Positions 1 to 9,013 of a stretch of DNA of 34,835 bases are shown in pieces. The stretch is taken from NCBI GenBank assembly GCA_964505645.1, contig CAZDJH010000001.1, positions 1 to 34,835 on the forward strand. The letters run 5' to 3'. The DNA is from an uncultured archaeon. GTDB taxonomy: Archaea; Asgardarchaeota; Lokiarchaeia; Sigyniarchaeales; SOKP01. Position 1 is the stretch's first letter. Each line of letters begins with the position of its first letter. Position numbers and translations under genes: made by a program. The notes beneath the pieces were generated by a model, which did not search any database, had not been told where the DNA came from, and saw only the letters and a list, made by a program, of their open reading frames with translations.

Positions 1-207
1 GCTTTTACTATTGGAAAAGCGAGCAATTTAGTGTTAATCCAACAAATTCCTATCCAAGTGTGCCCCATTATAATATATTTCCTAGTGTTTTTTTTAGCGC
101 CAACTGATATTTTTTCAATTTTCTTTCTTTCATTTTCAATAATATTCATTATAATAAGCGCATATCTATTAGGTAAAAAACAAGTAAAAATGGAAAAGAT
201 AGGTTAA
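1..207 (+). CDS. 3' end of a membrane-protein gene entering from the left edge (partial: 68 codons plus TAA)
   Basis: Frame 1 is open from base 1 to TAA at 205-207. The translation is AFTIGKASNLVLIQQIPIQVCPIIIYFLVFFLAPTDIFSIFFLSFSIIFIIISAYLLGKKQVKMEKIG: hydrophobic helix-like stretches followed by a basic tail. It is absent from the ORF track because it has no start codon in the window. Confidence 0.4.
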   Translation, partial: AFTIGKASNLVLIQQIPIQVCPIIIYFLVFFLAPTDIFSIFFLSFSIIFIIISAYLLGKKQVKMEKIG

Positions 208-296
208 AAATAAATAAATTCTTTTTTAAAGCCGCCCGAACGATATTCGCACCAATAAAGCCATTAGCTCCCGTGATTGATATTTTTCTCGTTAAT
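204..296 (-). pseudogene. Relic of the N-terminus of an NAD(P)-dependent epimerase/dehydratase (extended SDR) gene
   Basis: A stop-to-stop minus-strand frame reads LTRKISITGANGFIGANIVRAALKKEFIYF*. ITGANGFIG is the TGxxGxxG Rossmann motif found at the extreme N-terminus of extended SDRs. There is no ATG (AGA sits where the Met would be), and the frame stops after about 30 codons, next to the end of the plus-strand gene. Confidence 0.3.
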
Positions 297-378
297 TATA
301 ATATTAATTACAAATAAAGATTAAATTAATGGTATTTTTTTGAAATCCTATATACATTAAACTGGAACTGGGAAGGCT

Positions 379-1962
379 TTACGCGTCTTGAATATAGGGT
401 TTTCCGGTTCGTAAGCAAAATTCTGCTTTAGTTAATTCGCGACCCAAATAATTGAGATGTTGGATATGATTAGTGAATTTCTGTGAGATAACTTTCTTAC
501 TTAGCGCCTCCGCATCCGTACCAATTAAAGTTTCCTTTAAAATATTTGAGTTAGCATAGAAGCGGAGGATAATTCTTTCACTATAATGATTGACATAGAT
601 TTTAAAATATCCCCTCTCATCTGGGTTATAGGATAAGTCTTTTTCTTTTACATAAATAGGGTTTTCTTGGAGCTCTAAATCAGGCATTTCTTGGCTGGTT
701 TTTCCTTTTGCCTTAAAAATTTGTATTCCTTGATTAATAGGAGGGGATTTTTTTTGCTTCGAAACGTAATTCAATTTGACACACTCTTTTAATTCCTTCA
801 CGCCACCCATTAATTTTGTACTATGTTCCACAGTGAAGAGAATTCCCATATCTAATTCAATTGCAATAGTTGCCAACAACCCGTTTACACCAACGGAATC
901 AATATCCATCAATTCTACAACGTTTGAAATACCAAAAAACAGTGGGAGTTCAAACTCGCGATAATCCTTCTCTTTAGTCTTTTGCCGATATAAGAAATAA
1001 GCTTGAAGGGAATTTACAAGTCCTGGAGAGATGGGGGTCTCTAATAAGGGGTCGGCGATTAATTTTTTAAATCCTAGTGCTTTCATTTTTCGTGTAATTT
1101 CAAATAAGTTTTTGACGCGTGTTTCGGGATTTTTTGGGAAATAGCCCTTATGAAGATTAGTTGGTAATAACACGATAGGTATATCCTTAGGTATATCTGG
1201 GAAGTCTTCATAACTACCGATATCAAAACTTAAAACCATATCTATACCCTCAACTATAGCGGTTAAAATCTCTTCCGTTTCCATCGAGTCAATACTAATC
1301 AATATATCAAAATGGCTACGGAGCAGTTTAATGACTTCTTTAACTCTATTCGGATTGGGTTTATTTGCAACACACCCTATATCGATAACATCTGCCCCAG
1401 ATGTTATGTAATGTCTTGCCTTTCTTAATATAGAGTCATCCTTTTTTTCTGTACAATTAACTATTTCTGCGATTATGGGAGGTGGAAAGCCTTTCCCGAT
1501 TATAGCATTGCTGATATCTTTATTTATAAAAAATCTATTTTGGGTTTCTCCTTTTTCAGTGGTTTTGATTTTTTCTTGAACTATGTTTTGATAGTTCTTT
1601 TCTCCGGTCATTTCTAATAATTTATCAGCAGGGATCTTGTTAGATAATTGAATCTCGTCCAAATGATTTAAAAGTGTTGGTAAATCTGAAGCGAATTCTG
1701 TTCCCTTCCTAATTGGTAAGGAAAATTCACGCTCTATTGCCTTTGTGTTCCATTGGACAAAGCCTGGAAGTAAAATAAGGTCATATTTTGAGAGGCTTTT
1801 GGCGCTCAGATTATTTCTCACCATCCCCTCGGTAATAAAAGCTGAAATGGAAACGGGAATTTTATCAACTTCTATTTTATGATCTTTAACAACTCTTATT
1901 ATATTTTTTAAAATTGGATAACTTTGCTTGCCTGTTAAAATTAATATATTAATAAATACCAC
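379..1962 (-). CDS. Dihydropteroate-synthase-like pterin-binding protein with a C-terminal DUF4346-type domain
   Basis: The central region (ITSGADVIDIGCVANKPNP ... ISIDSMETEE) resembles the pterin-binding TIM barrel of DHPS. The C-terminus (PDERGYFKIYVNHYSERIILRFY...HLNYLGRELTKAEFCLRTGKPYIQD) matches my recollection of the DUF4346 consensus (DPxGyF.I..., YLGrEL.kAe..., YvQD). It starts 14 nt downstream of the DUF1464 gene. Confidence 0.7.
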   Translation of the reverse strand: MVFINILILTGKQSYPILKNIIRVVKDHKIEVDKIPVSISAFITEGMVRNNLSAKSLSKYDLILLPGFVQWNTKAIEREFSLPIRKGTEFASDLPTLLNHLDEIQLSNKIPADKLLEMTGEKNYQNIVQEKIKTTEKGETQNRFFINKDISNAIIGKGFPPPIIAEIVNCTEKKDDSILRKARHYITSGADVIDIGCVANKPNPNRVKEVIKLLRSHFDILISIDSMETEEILTAIVEGIDMVLSFDIGSYEDFPDIPKDIPIVLLPTNLHKGYFPKNPETRVKNLFEITRKMKALGFKKLIADPLLETPISPGLVNSLQAYFLYRQKTKEKDYREFELPLFFGISNVVELMDIDSVGVNGLLATIAIELDMGILFTVEHSTKLMGGVKELKECVKLNYVSKQKKSPPINQGIQIFKAKGKTSQEMPDLELQENPIYVKEKDLSYNPDERGYFKIYVNHYSERIILRFYANSNILKETLIGTDAEALSKKVISQKFTNHIQHLNYLGRELTKAEFCLRTGKPYIQDA

Positions 1963-1976
1963 GATTTTTTATAATT

Positions 1977-3068
1977 TCATTCAGATGATGGATTTAATCT
2001 ATCCTTATCAAAAGGGATGTAGATCTCATCTAAAATCGAGCCGGAAGAGCCTTCTATTTCTAAGTTCTTTATCACAGGTTCATATTCACCCTTTAATAAT
2101 CCATTGGCAATATAGGCTGCGCCTTGAGCGGCTCGTTTTGCAATTTGACTATATGATTTCATTGACCTAATAGGAGCGAGGTCTCCTAAAGCACCGATTA
2201 TTTTTTGTCGTATAATTTTAATATTGACCCCTCGCCCTGCTAAAAGCACTTCCTTAATTTTATTTTTATCCAAAAATGATGAAGTTAGGCTATACACCGC
2301 TTTTTTCACGCTCGAGATATATGCATCAAATGCCGTTTTGGTTTGCTCATCTTTTTCTGATAGGATTGAAATTTCTTTCAGACTTAAATCGGCATATCCC
2401 GCAATAAAGGCTACGCCACCCTTGTAAATATTTTTCTTTTTAATATCCCTTATTAAGTAAGCTAATTCCCCATCCAAACTTCCGCAAGCCCTAAAACCCA
2501 TGATGTTAGAGCCTCCTATTCCGTCGATTATTTTTCCGTTTTCAATTGCTAGTACCGCTGTAAAGCCATACCCAATTTCCACCATTATAAAGTTTGTCTC
2601 TGTTGGGGGGATATTATGAGTTTCCATTTGATCTCGTATTCCCACAACTGCAGTACACAATTTATCCGCGGTACCCATATCAATTTTATTGACTTTTCTG
2701 TGTCTAGGTACTGTTGGAAGATGTTTAACACCCGGAACAATAATCCCCGGTATTTCCTCCTTTTTCAAAAGTCTTAAGATCTTTCCCAATCCTAGAATCT
2801 CGGTCTTTTCTTTTTTCTTGAATTTTAACAGGGTTAAAAATATATCATCTTCCGTTAAATCCGAGACCCTCCTTAAAGGTAAGCCGAAGCCGCTGGGGGC
2901 TACCATTAAATCAAGTTTCTTTCTTTCATTTAATGAGTTTATTATATTAATTGCTTTTTGGGGTTCCCTAATTATATCTTTTGTTGGAATTGAAGTATCT
3001 AACTCAATCTTTCTTGAACCCTCTAACGAGAAAAAGTCCCAGCTTTTTGAGCCCGGATCTATGCCCAA
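1977..3068 (-). CDS. DUF1464-family ASKHA (actin/sugar-kinase/Hsp70-fold)-like protein
   Basis: The N-terminal MGIDPGSKSW looks like a phosphate-1 motif (GIDxGS/T). Other matches are MVAPSGFGLPL, NKIDMGTADKL and a glycine-rich C-terminal half. The assignment to DUF1464 is from memory of that family. Confidence 0.5.
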   Translation of the reverse strand: MGIDPGSKSWDFFSLEGSRKIELDTSIPTKDIIREPQKAINIINSLNERKKLDLMVAPSGFGLPLRRVSDLTEDDIFLTLLKFKKKEKTEILGLGKILRLLKKEEIPGIIVPGVKHLPTVPRHRKVNKIDMGTADKLCTAVVGIRDQMETHNIPPTETNFIMVEIGYGFTAVLAIENGKIIDGIGGSNIMGFRACGSLDGELAYLIRDIKKKNIYKGGVAFIAGYADLSLKEISILSEKDEQTKTAFDAYISSVKKAVYSLTSSFLDKNKIKEVLLAGRGVNIKIIRQKIIGALGDLAPIRSMKSYSQIAKRAAQGAAYIANGLLKGEYEPVIKNLEIEGSSGSILDEIYIPFDKDRLNPSSE

Positions 3069-3196
3069 AACAGTTTTAATAATTTAACTCCTCCTTAAGT
3101 TGCTTTTATTATAGAATGTGTATATTCCTTTATGTGTTTTTTGTTGAATTGAACCGATCAAAAAGGAAGGGAGGAAACAGGAATTCAAATGAATTC

Positions 3197-4204
3197 TTAT
3201 ATTGCCCATCCAATCCCAATTAGGCATCCCTTATACGTTATAACCTTTTTCTTGGAGAATCCTGCCATTTTTAGATCTTCGATTAACATGGTTTCTGTAA
3301 AAATTGTATCTGAAATGGATTCCCGATATATTTTCAAGAGCTCATCGGCAGCAAAATCGTTTGTTAATGGAAATTCCGCCTTAGTAACTAAAATAACCAT
3401 TCCATCGGGCTTGAGCATTCGATGGACCTCTTTTAAAACATCGACCCTCCCCATCTCATAAAAGTTTGCATTCTTTTTATAGTTAGGTATCGCCACCATT
3501 TCAATCATGTTATCAGGCTCACGTATCTTCTGTTTATTATAAACCCTTGATATATGGACGTCTTTTAAGTCTGTTCTTGAATAATTCTCATAATGTTCTT
3601 TTTTCGAAAGTATAAAGACTTTGTCAGCCAAATTTTTAAACCAATTGACAAGGCGTAAGTAAATATGTTTTGAAAACCAAATCCCCATAATATTTTCTAG
3701 ATGCTTTTTATTGCTAATATGCTTTATTTGTTCTGTTAGACCCTCATCGAATTTAACAAAGTCTGGGATAACACTCGTACTCATAAAGAATTGGAGCATT
3801 AGCTTCACAACTGTATAGGTAAGCGGAGTAGCTTCGACCGTCTCAATTTTTCCTTTATCATCGCGATTAAACTTAATTAACCCTTTTTCCTCCAAATTCG
3901 ATAAATTATTATAGAAACTAGAGGTTGAAAGTGCAGAGGAATTCTGGTCCTTTCGCTGTATATGGCGCCATAATTTTGCCTCGTGACTTTTTAGGTATTC
4001 CACAGCAATTGTTTCACTATCCAATTTGTTATTCTGAATTAATGAATTGACAATAATATATAAAGTATATCTGATGATAGGGGCTCCATATTCAAGTAAT
4101 GCATTAAGAGTAAGAATTTCCACCAATGAAAGGTCAATTAAATTTCCAATTTTTAATTTCTCAAGTAAAGATTTTGAGTTTTTGTTGTCCACTGATTCCC
4201 ACAT
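3197..4204 (-). CDS. Winged-helix DNA-binding domain fused to a degenerate class-I SAM-methyltransferase-like domain (putative regulator)
   Basis: The N-terminal half contains STSSFYNNLSNLEEKGLIKF...TPLTY (PadR/MarR-like recognition helix and wing). The C-terminal half has the post-II-type MTase motif VLKEVHRMLKPDGMVILV, but IMGIWFSKH sits where the GxGxG SAM loop would be. The gene is divergent from the GRE operon. Confidence 0.5.
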   Translation of the reverse strand: MWESVDNKNSKSLLEKLKIGNLIDLSLVEILTLNALLEYGAPIIRYTLYIIVNSLIQNNKLDSETIAVEYLKSHEAKLWRHIQRKDQNSSALSTSSFYNNLSNLEEKGLIKFNRDDKGKIETVEATPLTYTVVKLMLQFFMSTSVIPDFVKFDEGLTEQIKHISNKKHLENIMGIWFSKHIYLRLVNWFKNLADKVFILSKKEHYENYSRTDLKDVHISRVYNKQKIREPDNMIEMVAIPNYKKNANFYEMGRVDVLKEVHRMLKPDGMVILVTKAEFPLTNDFAADELLKIYRESISDTIFTETMLIEDLKMAGFSKKKVITYKGCLIGIGWAI

Positions 4205-4263
4205 TCTTAAAATATACGTATTATTTAATACTAATTTAGGTTATTTCTTATAGTTTTCTAATT

Positions 4264-4281
4264 ATTTCCAGATTTGGAAAT
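4264..4281. promoter_or_regulatory. Perfect 7-bp inverted repeat ATTTCCA-N4-TGGAAAT in the divergent promoter region (candidate operator)
   Basis: Read directly from the sequence: atttcca gatt tggaaat. It lies about 60 nt upstream of the minus-strand regulator ATG (4204) and about 125 nt upstream of the GRE ATG (4405). Confidence 0.3.
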
Positions 4282-4404
4282 CAGAAAAGATGAAAATGAA
4301 AAGATTTATATTCAAAGTTATAAATAATAATAAATAGTATTAAAAATTCTAAAAATATTCTTATAATAATAAAATTAAAATAAAAAAAATAAAGGTTTAA
4401 CAAC

Positions 4405-6906
4405 ATGAGTAAAACCTCAAAACCTTCTAAAACGGGAAAACAGCACCATTTTGAAGTCGCTAAGCCCCATGATCTCCTTCCCCGATCGGAATGGCTCAGA
4501 GAGTATTATTTTAAAGGGGTTGATAGAGAATGGAACAATGAGTTCACCCCATTTACAACGGGGACTGACTGGGACCTCATTTGGAATGAGATTAACTATT
4601 ATATTGTGCCTGAAGTCTATATGTACATCGGAAATGAAGGAAAGGGTGTTTTTGAAACTTCATTCCGTTCCATGGCGGAAAAGATCCAACTGTCAGATGA
4701 TTTTTGGGATTTATCCCTTCCGGAGCGAAGAGTTATATTTTTCGAAAGAGCAATGTTAGATTATATCCCCCAAGAACTCATTTCAGAGAACGATCTAATT
4801 GCCGGTGGAAGATTTAACACCCAATTAAGCAATTGTCTGAACGAAGAAGAGACGAACGTTTTTTGGAAAAAAACCTTAAAAGCACGGAAAAAGTTCTTTA
4901 AATTTCATAAAAGTGGGTTTGGAAACACAGGGGCCACAGCAGGACATATCATACCGGATTATGAAACAGTAATTGGCAAGGGATTTAAATTCCTGCATGA
5001 AAAAGCAACCAAGAGATATGAAAGCTTGAGCGAAAAGGAGAAAAAAGGCGATAAAGGCGCTGAACTAAGGGCCATGATTAAAGCAACTGAAATCCCTCAA
5101 AAGTTAGCGGGTAAGTACGCTGAAGAATGTAGAAAATTAATGAAAGACGCCACCCCCGAACGAAAGAAAGAGTTAGAGCAGATGGCTGAAAACTTAGAGG
5201 TGATTCCGTGGGAACCCGCCGAGACGTTCTGGCAAGGTGTACAAGCGATTTGGCTGACTCACATGCTCATTATGGCAGAAGAATCATATCCCGGCGCCGG
5301 AACATCTTTCGGAAGAACTGACCAACATTTATGGCACTTATATAAGAAGGATGTGCTTGAAGAGAAGACTATTACAAAAAATTTCGCAAAAGAGATTTTG
5401 GGGAGTTTTTGGTTCCACTGCAATACGGCCTATGATGCATTGATCCGTGTAGGAAAGCAAGGTATTACTTCTGGATTTGGGCAACTGATGACATTATCAG
5501 GTTGTGGGCCTAATGGAGAAGATCTCACAAATGAGTTAACATATACGATTATAGAGGTAATAGATGAATGGTCTCCTATTTTGGAACCAAAACCGAATAT
5601 TAGGCTTCATAGAAACTCTCCAGATAAACTACTGGACAGGATTGTGGATATAATCTCACGGTCTCAGGGTGCGCCATTTCTTATTAATTTCGACGAAAGA
5701 AGTATCGCAGGAATGATAAGAGAAGGTATTCCAAAAGAAGATGCATGGGATTATGCATGCGTAGGTTGTCTTGAGAACACTATGCAGGGAAATGACCGGA
5801 GCGGAACGGTGAATTGTAACCCCAATTTAACTAAGAGTATAGAACTTACCCTCTGGAACGGTTGTAATATGCCCGGAAATCTCGTTGAAGATTGGACCAA
5901 AAATGAAGAGCAATTTGGACCGAAAACAGGAGATCCCGAAAGTTTCGAAACGTGGGAAGACTTTTTTAATGCGTGGAAACAACAAGTTGAATTCCTCATA
6001 AAATATTTAGTGGAAGTTAATAACATTACGGAACGTATTAGGGGTAAATACCTTCCTACACCCTATCTCTCCACATTTGTTCGCGGATGTATTGAAACAG
6101 GAACAGATGTCAGAAATGGGGGGCCCGAATTGAGTTTTATCACCATTGAAGGTGTAGGGTACGCAACGACCGTCGATTCGTTATTAGCCATTAAAAGACT
6201 CGTCTTTGAAGACAAAAAATATACAATATCTCAACTTAAGCAAGCCTTAATGGAAGATTATCAAGGTAAAGAAAACACAATTATACAAACTCTTTTAAAA
6301 AATAAGGCACCTAAATATGGAAATGATGTGGATGACGCCGATGAATTAGCTCGCAGGGTAATGAAAACATGGTCCGATGAAACATGGAAATATGAATCTC
6401 CAACGGGATATCAATACAGACCAGGTATGCTTTCGTGGAATTATTGGGCGGGAGCGGACGCTATGCTTACACCTGCGACTCCCGATGGGAGGAATGCCAG
6501 TACATTCCTTTCAAATGCAATTTGTCCCACCGATGGGGCAGATAAAAAGGGGCCGACTGCTGTGACCAATTCTGTTGGAAAAGCATTGGGAGGAAAAGCG
6601 GAGAATGGAGAATATATTAATTATCTCCCCAATGGTGCAAGCCATACCATAACCTTTAACCCATCAATTATAAGGGACCCCGAACATAAAGAAAAATTCA
6701 AGGCGTATCTACGGGGATATATCGAAAATGGCGGCACTTGCTTGCAAATTAATATGCTTGACGCCGATGTATTACGAGACGCGCAAAAACACCCCGAAGA
6801 TTATGATAATTTATTAGTCAGAGTGACGGGTTATAATGCCTATTTTACTGCTATTGGGAAAGAACTTCAAGATGAAATAATTGCGCGAGAGTCTCATAAA
6901 ATATAA
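4405..6906 (+). CDS. Glycyl-radical enzyme, PFL2/dehydratase-like class (not a pyruvate formate-lyase)
   Basis: The C-terminal glycyl-radical motif is LLVRVTGYNAYF (Gly809, codon 6829-6831). The thiyl loop is DYACVGCLE (Cys455 at 5767-5769, Glu457). Other matches are GRTDQHLWHLYKKD and IPWEPAETFWQGVQAIW, which are typical of PFL2-family enzymes. Confidence 0.9.
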   Translation: MSKTSKPSKTGKQHHFEVAKPHDLLPRSEWLREYYFKGVDREWNNEFTPFTTGTDWDLIWNEINYYIVPEVYMYIGNEGKGVFETSFRSMAEKIQLSDDFWDLSLPERRVIFFERAMLDYIPQELISENDLIAGGRFNTQLSNCLNEEETNVFWKKTLKARKKFFKFHKSGFGNTGATAGHIIPDYETVIGKGFKFLHEKATKRYESLSEKEKKGDKGAELRAMIKATEIPQKLAGKYAEECRKLMKDATPERKKELEQMAENLEVIPWEPAETFWQGVQAIWLTHMLIMAEESYPGAGTSFGRTDQHLWHLYKKDVLEEKTITKNFAKEILGSFWFHCNTAYDALIRVGKQGITSGFGQLMTLSGCGPNGEDLTNELTYTIIEVIDEWSPILEPKPNIRLHRNSPDKLLDRIVDIISRSQGAPFLINFDERSIAGMIREGIPKEDAWDYACVGCLENTMQGNDRSGTVNCNPNLTKSIELTLWNGCNMPGNLVEDWTKNEEQFGPKTGDPESFETWEDFFNAWKQQVEFLIKYLVEVNNITERIRGKYLPTPYLSTFVRGCIETGTDVRNGGPELSFITIEGVGYATTVDSLLAIKRLVFEDKKYTISQLKQALMEDYQGKENTIIQTLLKNKAPKYGNDVDDADELARRVMKTWSDETWKYESPTGYQYRPGMLSWNYWAGADAMLTPATPDGRNASTFLSNAICPTDGADKKGPTAVTNSVGKALGGKAENGEYINYLPNGASHTITFNPSIIRDPEHKEKFKAYLRGYIENGGTCLQINMLDADVLRDAQKHPEDYDNLLVRVTGYNAYFTAIGKELQDEIIARESHKI

Positions 6907-6932
6907 CTCTATTTAGAGGTAATTTAATTAAA

Positions 6933-7934
6933 ATGGCAAGGTCAGAAAAAGGTTTAGTTTTTGAAATACAGAAACTTTCTACTGAAGATGGCCCAGGAAT
7001 TAGAACCACGGTATTTATGAAGCATTGTCCATTGAAATGCAAGTGGTGCCATAATCCAGAATCAATTCCAAAGAAACCGCTATTAGAATGGTTAGAGCAT
7101 AAATGTATCGGCTGTGAAATCTGCATAGAGACTTGTAAACAGCATGCTCTTTCTCTGGATAAGGATGGGCTCCATATTAACAGAGATAAATGCATAAGTT
7201 GTGGAGAGTGCGTGGAAGAATGCCCCAGCACAGCGCTTCATATGTTTGGGACTTGGTGGGATTTGGATGACCTATTTCATGAAATCAATAAGGATAGGGT
7301 ATATTATAGCAAATCTGGAGGCGGTATTACCGTTTCAGGAGGCGAACCAACCCTCCAACCGGAATTCGTACTAGCACTTCTTAGAAAATGTAAAGAAAAT
7401 GGAATATCCACGGCACTTGATACATGCGGATACACATCAAAGGCGACCTATGAGAAATTACTACCTTATGTTGATTTAATATTACTGGATATAAAAGAGA
7501 TAGATGAGAAGAAGCACCGAAACTTCACGGGAGTTTCTAATGAAAATATTTTAGAAAATGCCAAATGGCTTGCAAGTTACGTAAAAAAACACAATAAAAA
7601 GATATGGATAAGAACACCTTTAATTCCGAATTATACGGCTACTGAAACAAACATAAAAGGAATAGGAGAATTTGTCGTAAATGAATTAAATAACATTCCC
7701 GAACGCTGGGACCTCCTTTCGTTTAACAATCTATGTAAAGATAAATATGAACGTCTTGATATAAATTGGAGTCTAAAGGATATACACCTCATGGACAGAG
7801 AAAAGATCGAGAAACTCTATGAGGTGGGAAAATCCACAGGAGTTTCCAATGTACAGTGGTCTGGACTTACTAGACAAGAAAAAGGCCTTGATTCTAAACG
7901 GGGATCTGACCAAGTTAGATTACCTTCATGCTAA
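6933..7934 (+). CDS. Glycyl-radical-enzyme activating enzyme (radical SAM) with two extra ferredoxin-type cluster motifs
   Basis: The radical-SAM motif is CPLKCKWC (C32/C36/C39), preceded by STEDGPGIRTTVF. Two further cluster motifs are present: CIGCEICIETC and CISCGECVEECP. VSGGEPTL is the GGE SAM motif. The gene starts 26 nt after the GRE stop. Confidence 0.9.
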   Translation: MARSEKGLVFEIQKLSTEDGPGIRTTVFMKHCPLKCKWCHNPESIPKKPLLEWLEHKCIGCEICIETCKQHALSLDKDGLHINRDKCISCGECVEECPSTALHMFGTWWDLDDLFHEINKDRVYYSKSGGGITVSGGEPTLQPEFVLALLRKCKENGISTALDTCGYTSKATYEKLLPYVDLILLDIKEIDEKKHRNFTGVSNENILENAKWLASYVKKHNKKIWIRTPLIPNYTATETNIKGIGEFVVNELNNIPERWDLLSFNNLCKDKYERLDINWSLKDIHLMDREKIEKLYEVGKSTGVSNVQWSGLTRQEKGLDSKRGSDQVRLPSC

Positions 7935-7974
7935 ATATAAAAACATAAAAAACCATAAAAAAGAGGATTAAAAG

Positions 7975-8862
7975 ATGCATAAACAGAATGAATTAAAATG
8001 GTCAAAAAGTATTATAGAAGAGCAAATCAAATTTACTCAACCTGAAATAATGCTGAAGTTAATATCCACTAAAGATGAGAGGGGATGGCCTCATATTACC
8101 CTAATTTCGAGTAATCACATTGTTGACGATAATACTCTAGTGTGGGGAGCATTCGCCGAGGGCTCGAGCAAGGAATATGTAAAGGATGACCCGAAGCAAG
8201 GTATCCTGTATATGACCACGGATACACCTTTTAAATTTATGCAAGTAAAAGCGGACTTCACCCATACTAAAAAGGACGGGGAAGAATTGGAATATTTTAA
8301 CAGAACCGAGTTAATGCGCTATTTTACATATGTTCGCGTCCATACGGCATATTTCAATGAAATTGTATCCTCACGCCCGATTAGAGGCATGGGTCTTGGC
8401 GGTATTCTGTCAGGAATAATAAAGAATCTTATAGGAAAGGGTGGATTAAAGACGGTCTTAGATGAAAAGCGTTTGAATCCAATTGGTTATGATTTATACA
8501 CCGCTCCAATCGCAGTAAGAGCCATCGCCTATATTGATCCAAACGATGGATATCCGGTAATTATTCCTTGTATTCCCCTGCAAGCCGCCGATCATAACAG
8601 ACTGGTATTTCCATTATCTTCAAATAAAGACGATTTACTTCAAATTCCTGAGGGTTCAAAGGTTGCAGTTCATTGTATGAATTTTGATTTTGCAAATCAA
8701 GTCGTCAAGGGGACATATATCGGAATAAGCAAGTCAAGGCTAATTAAGTTCGGAGTAATTGAGATTGAAGAGATTTATAATTCATGCCCTCCAGTATTTG
8801 GTACAATATATCCTGAAGATAGAAAGTATGAGAGACCAAAAGTAGTAGATTTTCATCTTTAA
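7975..8862 (+). CDS. Uncharacterised protein, possibly a tandem PNPOx-like split-barrel (flavin-binding) fold
   Basis: It starts 40 nt after the activase on the same strand. GWPHITLISSNHIVDDNTLVWGAFAEGSSKEYVKDDPKQGILYMT resembles the N-terminal strands of pyridoxamine-5'-phosphate-oxidase-like barrels. The fold call is weak. Confidence 0.35.
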   Translation: MHKQNELKWSKSIIEEQIKFTQPEIMLKLISTKDERGWPHITLISSNHIVDDNTLVWGAFAEGSSKEYVKDDPKQGILYMTTDTPFKFMQVKADFTHTKKDGEELEYFNRTELMRYFTYVRVHTAYFNEIVSSRPIRGMGLGGILSGIIKNLIGKGGLKTVLDEKRLNPIGYDLYTAPIAVRAIAYIDPNDGYPVIIPCIPLQAADHNRLVFPLSSNKDDLLQIPEGSKVAVHCMNFDFANQVVKGTYIGISKSRLIKFGVIEIEEIYNSCPPVFGTIYPEDRKYERPKVVDFHL

Positions 8863-8886
8863 AATCATAAATCAAATTCATTTCTA

Positions 8887-8895
8887 TTTTTTTTT
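8887..8895 (+). terminator. Oligo-T (T9) archaeal-type terminator after the GRE operon
   Basis: A run of nine T lies about 25 nt downstream of the stop at 8862. Confidence 0.35.
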
Positions 8896-9013
8896 ATCTA
8901 TAATTCTTATCTTAAAGAATTTCATAGTTTAAAATGAATAAAAAGATAAATCTAATATTAAATATAAGATCTATAAGGACTAAAATTAGGAAAAAAATGA
9001 AAACCTGTATTAT

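Noticed and set aside
4405-6906. Calling the glycyl-radical enzyme a pyruvate formate-lyase (PflB/PflD)
   Set aside because: The active-site loop is GCLE (single Cys with Glu at +2), not the adjacent Cys-Cys pair needed for PFL chemistry. Only the generic GRE call is supported.
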